Source: Rhodospirillaceae bacterium
Lineage (GTDB): Bacteria > Pseudomonadota > Gammaproteobacteria > Steroidobacterales > Rariloculaceae
Direction of reading: 5' to 3'
NCBI GenBank assembly: GCA_024640685.1
Contig: JAHEEN010000002.1
Location: 11,395 to 75,394, forward strand
Length of the DNA stretch: 64,000 nt
This document shows, one piece after another, positions 18,506 to 29,449 of the stretch. The notes beneath the pieces are model-generated. The model worked only from the letters and a program-made list of their open reading frames with translations. It searched no databases and had not been told where the DNA came from. The stretch's first letter is position 1. Every line of letters begins with the position of its first letter. A program made the translations under genes and the position numbers.

Positions 18506-20542
18506 ATGACGCTGCGCATACAGTTGTTGTGCGTCGGTTTGCTGACCTTGATTCTGCCGTGGTCTGGATATCGCTACGTGCAAGAGCTCGAGTCTGCGCT
18601 GCGCGGGGGGCTCGAGCAAACGCTGCTCGCGAGCGCACAGACTGTTGCCGCGGCGCTCGACGAGCGCTCGCTGACCGAATCGCGGCTAGCTGCGCCGCGG
18701 TCGGTCGATAACACTCTCTACGCTTTACCGTTGGCGACGTCGCCCGTGCTCGATGGCTTCGCAAGCGATTGGAACCTACCGGCCGCCGCGCAACGGCCGA
18801 TCGGTGACAACGGCCGTTTCTGGGTAGGCGTCCAGGGCCGCGCGCTTTATCTCTACATCGAGATCGACGATCAATCGCTCGTCTATCAGCCGGCGCCAAC
18901 CGAGCGACCCTACGGCGACCGCGTGCTGCTCTTGAGCGGCGACTGGCTGCTGCTACAAACGACCGCGCAGGGTCCCGTTCGCGCACAATTGACGAGCGCG
19001 CCCGCGTTCGCACCCTCCGGACGCCTCGACAGCCGCGTCTCGGCGTTCTGGCGTGAGACGGCTCGCGGTTACGTTGTCGAGGCCCGCCTGCCGCTCGATG
19101 CAGTGGGTGATGCGCTCGGCACCGCAGTCATCGACGTCGATCGTCCGAGCGCGGCGAGTACGCCCTTGACGCTCGGCGACTACACGGTCCGTATGGATCG
19201 CTCGTGGCGCAACGAGCCGCTGGCACTACTCTATCGACCTCAGGCGCTCGCCGACGAGGCCGCGCAGTTCGAGCGCGCGGGGCGGCGGCTTAGAATCGTC
19301 GATCGCGACGGCTGGGTGTTGTTCGACGGCGGTGCAATCGATCCGTTCGAGCAGATGCTCGAGCGCCCGGAGGCGGGCATCTCCGCGCTGGTGCTCGGTG
19401 CGATCCTACGACGCGGCGATCCGGCGTACGCCGATATCGAGAACCCGCCAGGTTTTCTCGACGCGCCGGCGCTGCGCGCGGCGATGCCGAGCGGTGGCGT
19501 TGCCTGGTATACACGCGGCACGACGACGAGCGCAATCGTTGCCGCGGTCGCGCCGATAAGCCGCGCCGACGGGCTCGCCGGAGCCGTCGTGCTCGAGCAG
19601 AGTAGCGACGCAATCCTGACGTTGACGAACGATGCGCTCGTCGACCTGCTGAGCTTCACGCTGCTCGCGTCGGTACTCGTCGCGCTGGGCCTTTTGAGTT
19701 ACGCGACGTATCTGTCGATGCGCATCCGGCGCCTCGCCCGTGCCGCCGATACCGCGCTTGGCCCGAAAGGCGAGATCGATCCGACGCTGCCGGGACGCGG
19801 CGCCAGCGACGAGATTGGGGACCTAGCGCGCAGCTTCGCGGCGCTGTTGCAGCGGCTCAAGGAGCACACGCTGTACCTGACGACACTCAAAGGCAAGCTC
19901 GCGCACGAGCTCAGGACACCGCTCGCCGTCGTCACGACGTCGCTCGATAATCTCGAGCGCGAGCCGCACGGCGAGAATCTCGTGCCTTATTTCGAGCGGC
20001 TCCGCGACGGCTCAACGCGACTCGACGGAATCCTCGCGGCGATGAGCGAGGCGACCGCGCTGGAGCATGCAATCGGCGATACGCCGCGCGAGCGCTTCGT
20101 GTTGGCCGACGTCGTACGCGGCTCTGTCGCAGGCTTCCGCGACGTCTACGCCGATCGCCGGTTCGATCTGACGACGAGCGACGCTCGCGCCGAGATCGTC
20201 GGCTCGGCCGAGCTCGTTGCGCAGATGCTCGACAAGCTCGTCGACAACGCCGTGAGCTTCAGTCCGCCGGGCGCGACGGTAGCGGTCGGTCTACGCGAGA
20301 CCGACGATACGCTCGTCGTCACGGTTGCCAATCCGGGGCCGCGACTTCCGGAAGCGATGCGCTCGTCGATCTTCGATTCGCTGGTATCGCTACGCGGCGA
20401 AGGTCAGAGCCGAGGGCACCTCGGGCTCGGCTTGTACGTCGTCGCACTAATCGCCGAGTTTCATGGCGCGCGGGTCAGTGCCGACGATTTGCCCGACGCC
20501 TCAGGCGTCATATTCTCGGTCGAGTTTCGGCGTGTACAGTGA
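18506..20542 (+). CDS. sensor histidine kinase with ~340-aa periplasmic domain
   Basis: TM1 LLCVGLLTLILPW, a long extracytoplasmic region, TM2 LLSFTLLASVLVALGLLSYATYL, and a HAMP-like linker. H-box LAHELRTPLAVV, N box LVDNAVSF, G box HLGLGLYVV. Confidence 0.85.
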   Translation: MTLRIQLLCVGLLTLILPWSGYRYVQELESALRGGLEQTLLASAQTVAAALDERSLTESRLAAPRSVDNTLYALPLATSPVLDGFASDWNLPAAAQRPIGDNGRFWVGVQGRALYLYIEIDDQSLVYQPAPTERPYGDRVLLLSGDWLLLQTTAQGPVRAQLTSAPAFAPSGRLDSRVSAFWRETARGYVVEARLPLDAVGDALGTAVIDVDRPSAASTPLTLGDYTVRMDRSWRNEPLALLYRPQALADEAAQFERAGRRLRIVDRDGWVLFDGGAIDPFEQMLERPEAGISALVLGAILRRGDPAYADIENPPGFLDAPALRAAMPSGGVAWYTRGTTTSAIVAAVAPISRADGLAGAVVLEQSSDAILTLTNDALVDLLSFTLLASVLVALGLLSYATYLSMRIRRLARAADTALGPKGEIDPTLPGRGASDEIGDLARSFAALLQRLKEHTLYLTTLKGKLAHELRTPLAVVTTSLDNLEREPHGENLVPYFERLRDGSTRLDGILAAMSEATALEHAIGDTPRERFVLADVVRGSVAGFRDVYADRRFDLTTSDARAEIVGSAELVAQMLDKLVDNAVSFSPPGATVAVGLRETDDTLVVTVANPGPRLPEAMRSSIFDSLVSLRGEGQSRGHLGLGLYVVALIAEFHGARVSADDLPDASGVIFSVEFRRVQ

Positions 20543-20567
20543 CGCGGGCCGCTTCCGGTCGGCGCGA

Positions 20568-21197
20568 CTATTCGACTAACGTACAGCCAACGCCCGTGCC
20601 GCCGAGCCCGCAATAGCCATTCGGGTTCTTCGCGAGATACTGCTGATGGTAGGTCTCAGCATAATAAAACTCGCCGAGCAGCGCGATGTCGGTCGTAATC
20701 GCACCGTAACCGGCACGTGCGAGCTCAGCCTGATAGCTGTCGCGACTGCGTTCCGCCGCTTTGCGCTGGGCGTCGTCGAAGCACAGTATCGCCGAGCGAT
20801 ATTGCGTGCCGACGTCGTTGCCCTGGCGCATACCCTGTGTAGGGTCGTGCGCCTCCCAAAACACTGCGAGAAGCTGCGCGTAGCTCAACTCGCTCGGGTC
20901 GAACACGACGAGAACGACCTCGGCGTGGCCAGTGCGCCCGGTGCAGACCTCCTCGTACGTTGGATTTGGTGTCACACCGCCGGCGTAACCGGCGGCCGTC
21001 GCATGAACGCCCGACAGCTGCCAAAAACGCCGCTCGGCCCCCCAAAAGCAACCGAGCCCAAAGCAAGCCTGATGCATGTGCTCGGGGAAAGGCGCCATGA
21101 TCGGATGACCGTTGACGTAGTGCACTCGCTCGACGTTGAGCGGCGTTGAGCGTCCCGGCAACGCGAGCCTCGGATCGATCGTCATTGCGGTGCTCAT
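20568..21197 (-). CDS. msrA: peptide-methionine (S)-S-oxide reductase
   Basis: Active-site motif GLGCFWGAE. Also [14 protein letters not shown] and HDPTQ. Confidence 0.93.
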   Translation of the reverse strand: MSTAMTIDPRLALPGRSTPLNVERVHYVNGHPIMAPFPEHMHQACFGLGCFWGAERRFWQLSGVHATAAGYAGGVTPNPTYEEVCTGRTGHAEVVLVVFDPSELSYAQLLAVFWEAHDPTQGMRQGNDVGTQYRSAILCFDDAQRKAAERSRDSYQAELARAGYGAITTDIALLGEFYYAETYHQQYLAKNPNGYCGLGGTGVGCTLVE

Positions 21198-22688
21198 CTA
21201 GGGCGCCGTCGCACCGAGGCTAAGTCCCGGCGCCGGCAGCCGGCTGCTCCCGCACAGAAACTCATCGATCGCCCGCGCGGCGCCACGACCCTCGTTAATC
21301 GCCCACACGACCAGTGACTGGCCGCGACGACAGTCGCCAGCGGCGAAAACGCCATCGACATCCGTTGCAAAGCTGCCGTGCTCGGCACGGTAATTCGAGC
21401 GCTCGTCGATGCTGACGCCGAGTGCACCGGAAACATAGGTCTCCGGACCCAAAAAGCCCATTGCCAACAACACGAGATCCGCCTGCCATTGCTGCTCGCT
21501 ATCGGCGATCTCGTGCATCTCTAGGCGACCTTGCTCGTTGCGCCAGTCGACGCGAGCCGCCGTCAAGCCGCCCACGGACCCGCCGTTTTCGATTAGTGTT
21601 TTCGTGACAATCGCATACGCGCGCGGATCGGCGCCAAACTTCGCAATTGCCTCCTCGTGCGCATAGTCGGTACGCAAGATCTTCGGCCAGGTCGGCCACG
21701 GATTGTCCGCAGCGCGAGCATCCGGCGGCTGCTCGAGCAGCTCGAAATTGACGACCGACTTGCAGCCGTGTCGAAGTGCCGTGCCGATGCAGTCAGCGCC
21801 TGTATCGCCGCCACCGATCACGATGACGTTTTTGTCCTTGGCCGAAATGTATTTACCGTCCTCGAGGCCGCTGTCCAACAGGCTGCGAGTGTTGGCCGTC
21901 AGGAACTCCATTGCGAAGTGAACACCGTCGAGCTCGCGCCCGGCAACCGGCAAATCGCGCGGCCGCGTCGCGCCGGTCGCTAGCAACAATGCATCGACGC
22001 CCTCACGAAGCTCGGCCGTATCATGGGTCTTGCCAATATCGGCGTTGACGACGAACTCGACACCGGCGTCACGCATCAGATTGACGCGCCGCTCAACGAG
22101 AGCCTTGTCGAGCTTCATGTTCGGGATGCCATACATCAAAAGCCCACCAATTCGATCGTCGCGCTCATAGACCGTCACGGCGTGGCCGGCGCGATTGAGC
22201 TGATCGGCGGCGGCCAGCCCGGCAGGTCCCGAGCCTACGATCGCAACGGTCTTGCCGGAGCGCTGCGCCGGCGCCTCGTGTTTGACCCAGCCCTCAGCGA
22301 AGCCGCGATCGATGATTGCGTTCTCTAAGTTCTTGATCGTCACTGCCGGGTCGGTGATACCGAGGACGCAGGCGCCCTCGCACGGCGCCGGGCACGTGCG
22401 GCCGGTGAACTCTGGGAAGTTATTGGTCCGGTGGAGTCGATCGAGCGCTTCACGCCAGCGGCCCTGATAGACGAGGTCGTTCCACTCCGGTATCAGATTG
22501 TCGATTGGGCAGCCGTGGTCGGACTGACAAAACGGCACGCCGCAATCCATGCAGCGAGATCCCTGGATCTTCAGCGCGTCCTCTGCAGGCGGCGTGTAAA
22601 TCTCATCGAAATCGCCAATTCGCGCCAACGCCTCGCGGTACGGGACGCTTTTGCGGGGATACTCGAGAAAACCAGTCGGCTTACCCAT
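21198..22688 (-). CDS. gltD: glutamate synthase small subunit
   Basis: [13 protein letters not shown]-terminus, Fe-S cysteines CMDCGVPFC, and the dinucleotide fold [14 protein letters not shown]. Start set at ATG 22688. The track ORF's 52-aa upstream extension overlaps gltB. Confidence 0.92.
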   Translation of the reverse strand: MGKPTGFLEYPRKSVPYREALARIGDFDEIYTPPAEDALKIQGSRCMDCGVPFCQSDHGCPIDNLIPEWNDLVYQGRWREALDRLHRTNNFPEFTGRTCPAPCEGACVLGITDPAVTIKNLENAIIDRGFAEGWVKHEAPAQRSGKTVAIVGSGPAGLAAADQLNRAGHAVTVYERDDRIGGLLMYGIPNMKLDKALVERRVNLMRDAGVEFVVNADIGKTHDTAELREGVDALLLATGATRPRDLPVAGRELDGVHFAMEFLTANTRSLLDSGLEDGKYISAKDKNVIVIGGGDTGADCIGTALRHGCKSVVNFELLEQPPDARAADNPWPTWPKILRTDYAHEEAIAKFGADPRAYAIVTKTLIENGGSVGGLTAARVDWRNEQGRLEMHEIADSEQQWQADLVLLAMGFLGPETYVSGALGVSIDERSNYRAEHGSFATDVDGVFAAGDCRRGQSLVVWAINEGRGAARAIDEFLCGSSRLPAPGLSLGATAP

Positions 22689-22699
22689 CGTGCCGGATC

Positions 22700-25600
22700 C
22701 TAGCTGCCGACCGTCGAGTAGACGCCGGTCTGATCCTCGTGGATTGCAGACTCCATCTCCTCGTCGTGGCGTTTGCGTTCTTGAAGCACGCGCTTGTAGT
22801 CGGTCGGCATGACTTTGACGAACGCGGCAAGCACGTCCGGCCACGCGTCCAAGATTCGCTCAGCGACCTTCGAGCCCGTGTATTGTTTGTGCAGCTCGAT
22901 GAGCTCGCGCAGCTCGGCGATATCCTCGTCGTCTTCGACAGGATCGAGGTCGACGGTGCCGAGGTTGCACTTCGACGCGAATTCGCCTGCGGCATCATAG
23001 ACGTAAGCCACTCCACCAGACATGCCGGCTGCAAAATTGAGGCCGGTCGGGCCGAGAATGACGGTACGACCACCGGTCATGTACTCGCAGGCATGGTCGC
23101 CGACACCCTCGACGACCGCGCGCGCACCGCTGTTGCGCACACAAAAACGCTCGGCCGCGCGACCGCGGAAGAACGCCCGGCCGCTGGTCGCACCGTAAAG
23201 CGCGACATTGCCGATCAATACGTTGTCCTCGGGCACGAAAATGCTTTCCTTGGGTGGATAAATGATCACACGGCCACCCGACAGTCCCTTACCGACATAG
23301 TCGTTGCTGTCGCCCTCGAGCTCGAGCGTAATCCCCTTGGCGAGGAAAGCGCCGAAGCTTTGCCCGGCCGAACCCTTGAACTTGACGTGAACGGTGTCGT
23401 ACGGCAGGCCGCGCTCGCCCCAGACCTTGACGACGTTGTGGCTCAGCATCGTACCGACCGTCCGGTTGATGTTCGTGATCGGCAACTCGATCTTGACGTT
23501 CTTGCCATGATGAATCGCATCGTGCGCGAGATCGATCAGGCGATTGTCCAACGCGCGCTCGAGGCCGTGGTCCTGAGCTTGAGTACAGCGGACTTCGACG
23601 CCGTCGTGCGGGGGCTCGGCGCGTCGCAGTATTGGCGCCAGATCCAGACCATCGGCCTTCCAGTGCTGCACGGCGGCCGAGGTCTGCAACACGTCGCATC
23701 GCCCAATCATCTCGTCGACTGAGCGAAAACCGATCTCGGCCATAATCTCGCGAGCTTCCTCGGCAACCATGAACAAATAGTTGACGACGTGGTCCGGCTG
23801 GCCGGCGAACTTCTTACGCAGAACCGGATCCTGAGTCGCAATACCGACCGGGCACGTATTGAGGTGACACTTGCGCATCATGATGCAACCCATCGCGATC
23901 AGCGGTGCCGTCGAGAAACCCATCTCTTCGGCGCCGAGCAGTGCGGCGATCACGACGTCGCGGCCGGTCTTCAAGCCGCCGTCCGTCTGCAACACGACAC
24001 GACTGCGCAGATCGTTCATGACGAGTGTCTGATGCGTTTCGGCGATGCCGAGCTCCCATGGAAGCCCGGCGTGCTTGATGCTCGTCAACGGCGACGCGCC
24101 GGTCCCACCGGTGTCGCCGGAGATCAAGATGTGATCCGCGTGCGCTTTCGCGACACCGGTCGCGATCGTACCGACGCCGACCTCGGAGACTAGCTTGACG
24201 CTGACGCGAGCCGATGGATTGGAATTCTTCAAATCGTGAATCAGCTGCGCCAGATCCTCGATCGAGTAGATATCGTGATGCGGTGGCGGGCTGATGAGAC
24301 CGACGCCCGGCGTCGAGTAGCGGATACGCGCGATGATCTCGTCGACTTTGCGGCCGGGGAGCTCGCCACCTTCTCCGGGCTTGGCGCCCTGGGCCATCTT
24401 GATCTGCAGCTCGTCGGCGTTCGCCAAATACCAGATCGTCACGCCGAACCTGCCGGATGCAATTTGCTTGATCGCCGAGCGGCGCGAGTCGCCGGATGGC
24501 AGCGGCTTGAAACGCTCAGGATCCTCGCCCCCCTCACCGGTATTGCTGCGGCCGCCGAGTCTGTTCATCGCGATTGCGAGCGCCTCGTGTGACTCAGCCG
24601 AGATCGAGCCGAAGCTCATCGCACCGGTGCAGAATCGCTTGACGATCTCACGCGCAGGCTCGACCTCGCTAACCGGGATCGCATTACCGGCAATTCCCTT
24701 TTTGAAACCGAGCAAGCCGCGCAACGTGCGGCGCGATCGACTCTCATCGTTGATCGCCGCCGCGAAACGTCGATACGCGAGACTGTCGTCGGAACGAGCG
24801 GCCACTTGCAGCTCTGCTATCGCCGTCGGGCTCCAGGCGTGACTCTCGCCGGCACTGCGCCAATGAAACTCGCCCGGATTCGGCAGCGCTGCCGCGCGCG
24901 AATTGTCGAGCGGATAGCCAATGCGATGCCTGCGCACGGCCTCGCGCTCGAGTACGTCAAAGTTGACACCCTGAAGTCGACTGGCCGTGCCCGCGAAGCA
25001 ACGCTCGATGATCGGATCGGCAAGACCGAGCGCCTCGAAGATCTGCGCCCCTTTGTAGGAATGCAACGTCGAGATGCCCATCTTCGCCATGACCTTGAGC
25101 ATGCCCTTCGCAACACCCTTGCGATACGCGACGACGACGCTGTTGTCGTCCGGAAACGTCTCCTCATTGAGCAGTCCGTCGCGGCGCGCTTGCCACAACG
25201 ACTCGAACGCGAGATATGGATTGATGCCGTCGGCACCGTAGCCGACGAGCAGGCAGTGGTGATGTACTTCGCGCGCTTCGCCGGACTCGATGATGATGCC
25301 GATACGCGTCCGCTTCGCGCGTGCAACGAGGTGATGATGGACGGCACCGCAGGCGAGCAGCGAGCTCACGGCGATGCGCTTGGGCCCCATCTTCCGGTCG
25401 GACAAAACGACGAGGCTATAGCCCTCGTCGATGGCCGCCTCGGCCTCGGCGCAAATCCGATCGAGCGTTGCGACTAGACCGCCGGGCGCCTGGTCGGCCG
25501 CGAACGTGATATCGATCGTCTTCGTACGCCACCCGCGATGATCCATGGCCACGATCGTCGCGAGCTCGGTATTCGTCAGAATTGGATGGCGTAGACGTAA

Positions 25601-27310
25601 GCGGTGGCAGTGTTCCTTCGTGACACCGAGCAGATTGCGCTCGGGACCGATATAGGTCTCGAGCGACATGATGATCTCCTCGCGGATCGAATCGATCGGC
25701 GGATTCGTGACCTGTGCGAACAGCTGCTTGAAATAGTCGTAGACCATACGCGCCTGGTCGCTGAGACACGCGAGCGCGGAATCGTTGCCCATCGAGCCTA
25801 CCGGGTCGCGCAGCTCGTTGACGAGCGGCCGCAACATGAACTGCATCGTCTCGGTCGTGTAGCCGAACGCTTGCATGCGCTCGATCAGCGTCGCCTCGTC
25901 GAGGCCCGGCACGTTGCTGCCGGAGTCAATGTCGCGCATTGCGATCCGCTGCTCGTCGAGCCACGCTCGGTACGGCCGGCGGCTCGCGAACTCCTCTTTG
26001 AGCTCGGCATCGGGCACCAGCCGTCCCTGCTCGAAATCGACGAGGAACATGCGCCCCGGCTCGAGGCGTCCCTTGAATGCGACCATGGCCGGATCGACCG
26101 GCAGGACACCGACCTCGCTGGCCATGATCACGCGGTCGTCGGTCGTCAAGTAATAGCGGCTCGGGCGCAGCCCGTTTCGGTCCAGCACGGCGCCAATGTA
26201 GTGTCCGTCGGTAAACGCAATCGACGCCGGCCCGTCCCAAGGCTCCATGACGCATGACTGATACTCGTAAAACGCCCGCTTATTGGCGTCCATGATCTCG
26301 TTCTTCTGCCACGCCTCAGGCACCATCATCATGACGGATTCCTGTAGCGTCCGGCCCGTCATCAGGAGGAACTCGAGCACGTTGTCGAACGCACCGGAGT
26401 CGGAGACATCCGGCTCGACGACCGGGTAAAGGCGTTCCAGCGCATCGCCGAACAGCGCGCTCTCGGCCATGCCTTCGCGGGCGCGCATCCAATTCTCGTT
26501 GCCGCGCAAGGTGTTGATCTCACCGTTGTGCGACATAAAGCGATTCGGCTGCGCGCGGTCCCAGCTCGGAAACGTGTTTGTCGAGAACCGCGAGTGCACC
26601 ATCGCCAGATGCGTCTCGTAGTCCGGCGCTTTGAGGTCGGGAAAGAACGACGTGAGCTGCGCCGGCGTCAACATGCCCTTGTAGATGAGCACCTTCGTAG
26701 ACAGGCTACAGATATAGAAAGTCTTTGCCTCGGTCAGCGATGCGTCGCCGCGCAACGCGTGGCTCGCATGCTTGCGTATCAGATAGAGCTTGCGCTCAAA
26801 CGCATCGCCCTCGAGATCGCCACCGGCTGCGATGATCAGCTGCTCGACCGTCGGCGCGGCCGCGCGCGCCGTCGGACCCAAGTCCGCCGCGTCGGGCTCA
26901 GTCGGCACGGCACGCCAACCGACGAGTGCTTGCCCCTCTTTCTCGCAAATGTCTGCAACGACTGCTTTGCAGCGCTCGCGCTCTGCCTCGTCGCGCGGCA
27001 AGAAGACGACACCCGCACCGAACCGGCCCGGAACGGGCAGCTCCGCATCGAGCTCCTCGCGCGCTACCCGCGCGAGGAATGCGTGTGGCAGCGCCGTAAG
27101 AATGCCCGCACCGTCGCCGGTGTTGCTCTCGGCGCCCCGAGCACCGCGATGGTCCATCCGGCAAAGCAGATGCTCGGCGTCCCGGACGATCTGATGGCTG
27201 GGTTGACCTTTAACGTGCGCGACAAACCCGACGCCGCAGCTATCGTGCTCGTTAGCCGGATCGTAGAGTCCTTCCGCCGAAGGCCGGGTTGTCCGATAGT
27301 CAATCGCCAT
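22700..27310 (-). CDS. gltB: glutamate synthase large subunit
   Basis: 1536 aa. Ntn-amidotransferase start ...[13 protein letters not shown], a central FMN/3Fe-4S domain, and a C-terminal GXGG beta-helix region. Confidence 0.95.
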   Translation of the reverse strand: MAIDYRTTRPSAEGLYDPANEHDSCGVGFVAHVKGQPSHQIVRDAEHLLCRMDHRGARGAESNTGDGAGILTALPHAFLARVAREELDAELPVPGRFGAGVVFLPRDEAERERCKAVVADICEKEGQALVGWRAVPTEPDAADLGPTARAAAPTVEQLIIAAGGDLEGDAFERKLYLIRKHASHALRGDASLTEAKTFYICSLSTKVLIYKGMLTPAQLTSFFPDLKAPDYETHLAMVHSRFSTNTFPSWDRAQPNRFMSHNGEINTLRGNENWMRAREGMAESALFGDALERLYPVVEPDVSDSGAFDNVLEFLLMTGRTLQESVMMMVPEAWQKNEIMDANKRAFYEYQSCVMEPWDGPASIAFTDGHYIGAVLDRNGLRPSRYYLTTDDRVIMASEVGVLPVDPAMVAFKGRLEPGRMFLVDFEQGRLVPDAELKEEFASRRPYRAWLDEQRIAMRDIDSGSNVPGLDEATLIERMQAFGYTTETMQFMLRPLVNELRDPVGSMGNDSALACLSDQARMVYDYFKQLFAQVTNPPIDSIREEIIMSLETYIGPERNLLGVTKEHCHRLRLRHPILTNTELATIVAMDHRGWRTKTIDITFAADQAPGGLVATLDRICAEAEAAIDEGYSLVVLSDRKMGPKRIAVSSLLACGAVHHHLVARAKRTRIGIIIESGEAREVHHHCLLVGYGADGINPYLAFESLWQARRDGLLNEETFPDDNSVVVAYRKGVAKGMLKVMAKMGISTLHSYKGAQIFEALGLADPIIERCFAGTASRLQGVNFDVLEREAVRRHRIGYPLDNSRAAALPNPGEFHWRSAGESHAWSPTAIAELQVAARSDDSLAYRRFAAAINDESRSRRTLRGLLGFKKGIAGNAIPVSEVEPAREIVKRFCTGAMSFGSISAESHEALAIAMNRLGGRSNTGEGGEDPERFKPLPSGDSRRSAIKQIASGRFGVTIWYLANADELQIKMAQGAKPGEGGELPGRKVDEIIARIRYSTPGVGLISPPPHHDIYSIEDLAQLIHDLKNSNPSARVSVKLVSEVGVGTIATGVAKAHADHILISGDTGGTGASPLTSIKHAGLPWELGIAETHQTLVMNDLRSRVVLQTDGGLKTGRDVVIAALLGAEEMGFSTAPLIAMGCIMMRKCHLNTCPVGIATQDPVLRKKFAGQPDHVVNYLFMVAEEAREIMAEIGFRSVDEMIGRCDVLQTSAAVQHWKADGLDLAPILRRAEPPHDGVEVRCTQAQDHGLERALDNRLIDLAHDAIHHGKNVKIELPITNINRTVGTMLSHNVVKVWGERGLPYDTVHVKFKGSAGQSFGAFLAKGITLELEGDSNDYVGKGLSGGRVIIYPPKESIFVPEDNVLIGNVALYGATSGRAFFRGRAAERFCVRNSGARAVVEGVGDHACEYMTGGRTVILGPTGLNFAAGMSGGVAYVYDAAGEFASKCNLGTVDLDPVEDDEDIAELRELIELHKQYTGSKVAERILDAWPDVLAAFVKVMPTDYKRVLQERKRHDEEMESAIHEDQTGVYSTVGS

Positions 27311-27663
27311 CTAGTGCTCGAATTCAGCTCCCGCTCGCTGCGTCGCCGCGAGGGCAACGGCGCCGACCCGAGCCGGCACGAACGCTGTCAGAGTTCCTCA
27401 TACGAACGCGGTGTTCGCGCTGTCGTTGTTGTTTCGCGGCGGCACGCTGCAGCCGCGGTTAATTCGACGCCGGGCCTCGAAATCGCAGACCCGCCCGAAT
27501 ACGATCCCCTGCCGTTGCGTCGGCGCGCACGATCACGTAGCGCTCCAGAGCGCCCATCCATGCACGACACGGAATCCCATTCGGATCGACGGACCCAGCT
27601 CGTCACCGGACTCGGGAGCCGGCCGACTTTTCGCTTCGGGCTGCAGACCGCCGCCAATCGCCA

Positions 27664-27693
27664 ACTATAAAAAGGGCGCGGCCGGTCCGTCAA
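27664..27693 (-). promoter_or_regulatory. candidate sigma-70 promoter of gltBD
   Basis: On the minus strand: TTGACG (27693-27688), 18 nt, TATAGT (27669-27664). This would give a ~345-nt leader before the gltB ATG at 27310. Confidence 0.4.
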
Positions 27694-27757
27694 ATACCGC
27701 AGCGCGTGCGTCGATGGGCGAATCTCTTAAAATCAATGACTTAAGAGGAAAAAGGCC

Positions 27758-28219
27758 CTACTGCGGCAGAACGAGTGGGACTACGCCGCGGTGGTAGAAG
27801 GCGATCGGCTCGCGCAGTGAGGCGTCGAGCTCGAGCTCACCCTGAATCTCGTACTCGAGGCCGTTCGTCGGCCCCTGCACGAATGTCATCAGTCGCGACA
27901 CCGACGAGACAAGATTGCTGAACACCTCGACATCGACCGAGCTGCTGCCTCGCGCCGGCAGCGTGAACGCGCTCAGCGCTCGCCCGTCTAACAGTCCCTC
28001 GCCGGCGAGGCGTACGTCGAAGTCGAGCGCCCGGACCGGAATCGGCACCGGATTTGGATTGTTCAACAGCAGCCGAATCGCGAATCGTTGGCCATCGAAG
28101 CTCGCTTGCAAGAGTCTGAGCTCGACGAGCTCGACCTGTGGAGGCGCAAGCTGACGCGGCAACGACGAGCAGGCAGCGAGCCCCGTGGCGAAAAACAGCA
28201 ACGCGATCGTTCGCATCAT
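27758..28219 (-). CDS. LEA type 2 (Hin1/NDR1-like) family lipoprotein
   Basis: Lipobox FATGLAAC. Beta-sandwich-like pattern VELVELRLLQASFDGQRFAIRLLLNNPNPVPIPV..LDFDVRL, typical of LEA_2 domain proteins. Confidence 0.6.
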   Translation of the reverse strand: MMRTIALLFFATGLAACSSLPRQLAPPQVELVELRLLQASFDGQRFAIRLLLNNPNPVPIPVRALDFDVRLAGEGLLDGRALSAFTLPARGSSSVDVEVFSNLVSSVSRLMTFVQGPTNGLEYEIQGELELDASLREPIAFYHRGVVPLVLPQ

Positions 28220-28223
28220 CGAG

Positions 28224-28676
28224 TCATTCTCCTATTCGTGCGTCCAACGAGCGCTCCCAGCGCGCGCCAATCACCTGCCAATCGGATCCGCGCAATACGA
28301 GCTCGAGCTCGAGACGGTACAGCCGCCCGTCGAATCCTCCGAGCATGCCGCTAGCTTCCCGTCGACCCAAGATGCCTGCTAGCACAACGATCCGTGCAGC
28401 GTCATCGCCGAGCAGCTCGGTCTCCTCGATCCGTGTGACAACATCGACGCGCGGATTCGTGAAAAAATATCCACGAATGACGTCGATGAGCCGATCGCGG
28501 TCGTTGCCGCGATGATCGGCGTAGCTAGGTGCGATCAAATCGCGAAAATGCCCGGTATCCCGTGCCTCCGCGGCCGCTTCGGCCGACTCGATCACGCGCG
28601 CGAGACTCGCCTCAGGGTCTTCGCGGGCGCATGCTGCAAGCGCGAGCGCTACTGCGAGTAAAGCGAGTTTAAACAT
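28224..28676 (-). CDS. hypothetical lipoprotein (possibly NTF2/SnoaL-like fold)
   Basis: Lipobox ALALAAC. 150 aa, ending 4 nt before the LEA_2 gene start. The fold assignment is a guess from size and pattern only. Confidence 0.45.
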   Translation of the reverse strand: MFKLALLAVALALAACAREDPEASLARVIESAEAAAEARDTGHFRDLIAPSYADHRGNDRDRLIDVIRGYFFTNPRVDVVTRIEETELLGDDAARIVVLAGILGRREASGMLGGFDGRLYRLELELVLRGSDWQVIGARWERSLDARIGE

Positions 28677-28770
28677 GCGGTTCCCCGGGCCCCGCCGCTA
28701 TTGTAGTGGAACGCACCCGTTGAGCGCGCGCTTGGCGGCTACGCGGTGCGGCGATATCGTAGCCCCTATC

Positions 28771-29424
28771 ATGATCGGCTCCGCCGCAACCTGCGACTTA
28801 GGTCCCGACGATGTTCTCGCGTTTTGGTTCGGCGACGGCCCGACGAATACCGATGACGTCGAGCGCTGCATGCGGCGCTGGTTCGGTGGGGACCGCGAGG
28901 CCGACCGAGCAATCCGCGAGCGATTCTCGTCGGCGGTTGCCGCAGCAGCAGCACGCGAGCTCGACGCCTGGCTCGCAAGTGCGCGCGGCAGACTCGCGCT
29001 GATCATCGTGCTCGATCAGTTTCCGCGCAGCCTTCACCGCGGCAGCGGCGCCGCGTTTGCGCACGACGCGCTCGCTCGCTCGCTGACCCGGGCCGGGCTC
29101 GACGAAAATGAAGATCTCGGACTCGAGCCCCTGGAGCGCATGTTTTTCTATATGCCGCTCGAGCACTCCGAGTCGCTCCACGATCAAACGCTTTCAGTTA
29201 CGCTGTTCGAGCGCCTCGGCAGTCTCGACGTGGCCCCCTATCTGCACGCGACGCTCGCCGAATCGGTCGACTACGCGCGACAACATCGCGATATCATTGC
29301 CCAGTTCGGACGGTTTCCCCACCGCAACGCCGCGCTCGAACGACACAGCACTGCCGAGGAGACCGCGTTCCTCGCGCAAGGCGGGCCGACGTTTGGGCAA
29401 CGGGGGCCGAGGCAGCGGACGTAG
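28771..29424 (+). CDS. DUF924 family protein
   Basis: Motifs VLAFWFG, RWF..D...D..IRERF, IIVLDQFPR, PLEHSE and FGRFPHRN..L.R.ST.EE..FL. Start set at ATG 28771; the track ORF starts at 28675. Confidence 0.72.
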   Translation: MIGSAATCDLGPDDVLAFWFGDGPTNTDDVERCMRRWFGGDREADRAIRERFSSAVAAAAARELDAWLASARGRLALIIVLDQFPRSLHRGSGAAFAHDALARSLTRAGLDENEDLGLEPLERMFFYMPLEHSESLHDQTLSVTLFERLGSLDVAPYLHATLAESVDYARQHRDIIAQFGRFPHRNAALERHSTAEETAFLAQGGPTFGQRGPRQRT

Positions 29425-29449
29425 CATCACGATCCAGGAGAAAGATTTA

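Noticed and set aside
22505-27670. Plus-strand ORFs 22505..23722 (405 aa) and 26528..27670 (380 aa)
   Set aside because: They are antisense shadows of gltB. The second spills into the gltB upstream region but has Arg-rich junk composition and no start context.
27388-27693. 101-aa minus-strand ORF inside the gltB upstream region
   Set aside because: Arg/Ser/Pro-rich translation, no Shine-Dalgarno, and no recognisable domain. I treat it as non-coding leader.
29108-29449. N-terminal 114 codons of track ORF 29108..30733
   Set aside because: This part overlaps the DUF924 gene out of frame. The thiolase homology starts at ATG 29450, which has an AGGAG.
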